Translations under genes and position numbers: made by a program | Shown: piece after piece, positions 61,855 to 64,000 of the stretch | Numbering within the stretch: the stretch's first letter is position 1 | Layout: each line of letters opens with the position of its first letter | From: the human T2T-CHM13v2.0 reference genome, Homo sapiens | Reading direction: 5' to 3' (one strand) | Assembly: GCF_009914755.1 (NCBI RefSeq) | Contig: NC_060930.1 | DNA: 64,000 nucleotides | Notes under the pieces: model-generated | Told to the model about the DNA's origin: nothing | The model's database searches: none | Seen by the model: the letters and a program-made list of their open reading frames with translations, nothing else

Positions 61855-62214
61855 TGATATCATTCATCTGTGTCCCCACTCAAATCTCATCTTGAATTGT
61901 AGCTCCCACAATTCCCGCATGTTGTGGGAGGGATCTGGTGGGAGGTGATTGAATTATGGGGGTGGTTCTTCCCTGTGCTGTTCTCATGATAGTGAATGAG
62001 TCTCCTGAAATCTGATGGTTTTAAAAACAGGAGTTTCCCTGCACAAGCTTTCTCTTTGCCTGCTGCCATCCATGTAAGATGTGACTTGCTCCTCCTTGCT
62101 TTCCGCCATGATTGTGAGGCCTCCCCAGCATGTGGAACTGTAAGTCCATTAAACCTCTTTTTCTTCCCAGTCTCAGGTATGTCTCTATCAGCAGCATGAA
62201 AATGGACTAATACA
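61855..62214 (+). mobile_element. THE1C-like MaLR solo LTR
   Basis: 'tgatat..tgtgtccccactcaaatctcatcttgaattgtagctccc..gaaaatggactaataca'; TSD cttgg/ctttg. Confidence 0.95.
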
Positions 62215-62279
62215 CTTTGTTTCTCATTTTCTCTACCATATTGAACTATGTTTGTATAATGTGAGGGTAAATAAACATG

Positions 62280-63100
62280 AGTTTCAGGAATAAAAGGGAT
62301 CAAAAACTTGAATTCCCTCATATTTGTGTTTAAGATCCTATCACAGGACATGGAATCTTAGAAAGTGAGCCAACACAGGAAAAGTAATGGAAAGTTCTAG
62401 AGTAAGCCTTATTCAAAAGACTTAGCCAACAAACAGATCAGAGTAGGTGGAAAGAGAAACAAGGGTTAGGAGGCTTTCAGGAGAAAGAAGAGTGAAAAGA
62501 GGGAGGGAGAGTGCAAACAGATACTTAGATGTGTTTGATTATTTGAAAGACTTTACAAAGCATTTGACAAGTTTTGATCTCAAAAAAAGTTTAAAGACAT
62601 ACATAAAAATAAGCAAATAAAAAATTGTATAATTATTAACTTCAGGAAAAACAAAAAGTTGTACAAGAAATGAAATCTAATAATACATGACATGGCTTGA
62701 CAATAAAAATAATTTACCTACTCATAAAAACATAAAAACTGTCAGATAATTAACTGAAAATATAATTCAATTGAATGAATGAGTTAGTCACGGGAAGAGT
62801 TGTAGACAAGCTAAATCCTCAACTACCATTAAAGAAATGTAAGAGATATTGACTCAAACTAAATACTCAACACTATAAGCACATTTCTTAGAAATATGGA
62901 GGTCACCACCTGAAGTTAACAGCTAGAAAAATTTGAAGTGATTGCTTCTGGGCATAGAAGGGTAGGGAGTGGGTGTCCAGTGGGAGGGCTAAACCCAGGG
63001 ACTCCACGTAGAGTGGAGAAATGAATAGATGGAAAGTGTTGTTGTTGTTGAATTATGAACATATATTACTTTGTTTTCAAATATTGATTTTTAAAAATGC
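62280..63100 (+). mobile_element. HAL1-like 3' region
   Basis: 'ttattaacttcaggaaaaacaaaaagttgtacaagaaa..agctaaatcctc..tagaaatatggagg..gattgcttctggg'. Confidence 0.6.
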
Positions 63101-64000
63101 AAGAAGTTACTCTTTAAAGTCTTATTAGTGAGTCTCATAAATAGAGCCTTTGACTAAAGAAAATCAGCAGGACAATATGGCTATCCTGGGAGAGAGAACC
63201 TAAGTAGTGTCTGCTGTCTTCTCTGTGTTATGAGAACATCTCTCACATTCCATTTCCTCTCTTAGCCCCTTTTGACTTCTCTTCCCATCTTTGCAATCTT
63301 CGCCACCCTAAGGGTCCCTGAAAGGTCACTGTACTCTAAAATTGGAATAAATCATTGCTTTCAAAGGGAAATAATCAAATGCAAGAGGGAAGGGAGTGGT
63401 GGTTCCAGATTCTACTCAAAATCCAACCACAGTTTATCCTAAATGGTGTCAGCCAGCAATAGGCTTTGTGCTGCTGCCGACAAATGCGGTTCTCTTAGGA
63501 CTACTGGGTGATAGTGACAGTGATGTTGCTGTGGTCTTCTCTGGCCATTCTGTCAGAGGAAGGGGTGTTGTTGGTAAAAAAACAGCCCAGCTCAGACAAT
63601 GCAGCAGCTGCCTTGACTAAGAATAGAATCTGTGTTTGATTTGAATTAGCCATTTGAAACAAGAGCAAAACAGCTCTGAAAGTAGTACCATCTGTTTTCC
63701 TTTAAGGCTGGGTCATAAATAACAAGATGAAAATATATTTCCTGTTCTGCATTTGTGACCTGAACTGCCTTCCACTGTGCTGTCACTGACCACTTCTGCT
63801 GTAAATGCACATGACATTAATTGGGCAGCTGTTGGCTATGAGGTGTGTAGACTTTGTTGTTGCTTTGTTTTGTCTTGTTTCCTAATCTCTATACTTATCA
63901 GGAGCTCCTTTATTTCACCTCTCACATGTTAAGCAAAAAAAAAAAAAAAAAGGAAAACAAAAAAACATAAAGAAGTTATTCTTTGTATATTTTTTAAAAA

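Overview
This is eukaryotic DNA from an anthropoid primate, most likely human, judged from AluY/S/J, L1PA/PB/MA, THE1C and MLT2A elements. It is intergenic or deep-intronic. I find no credible protein-coding gene, RNA gene or CRISPR array; the supplied ORFs are repeat-derived (Alu, L1, CR1, MaLR) or chance. About two-thirds of the window is interspersed repeat: nested L1s in the first 31 kb, 13 full-length Alus plus two monomer/truncated copies (many with readable target-site duplications, TSDs), MaLR/ERVL solo LTRs, and L2/MIR/CR1 relics. The least obvious signals are: (1) a ~1.5-kb decayed hAT-Ac-type transposase (~600-2100) that the ORF track misses; (2) a second, Charlie/Buster-type transposase fossil (~23170-23820); (3) a twin-primed L1PA with a ~1.5-kb internal gap; (4) a ~130-bp non-TE module duplicated 1510 bp apart carrying C/EBP and ETS motifs; (5) a 23-bp palindrome-containing direct repeat 637 bp apart. 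Subfamily names come from recalled consensus sequences, not a database search, and old-element boundaries are approximate. I see no evidence for a new multi-gene biological system.
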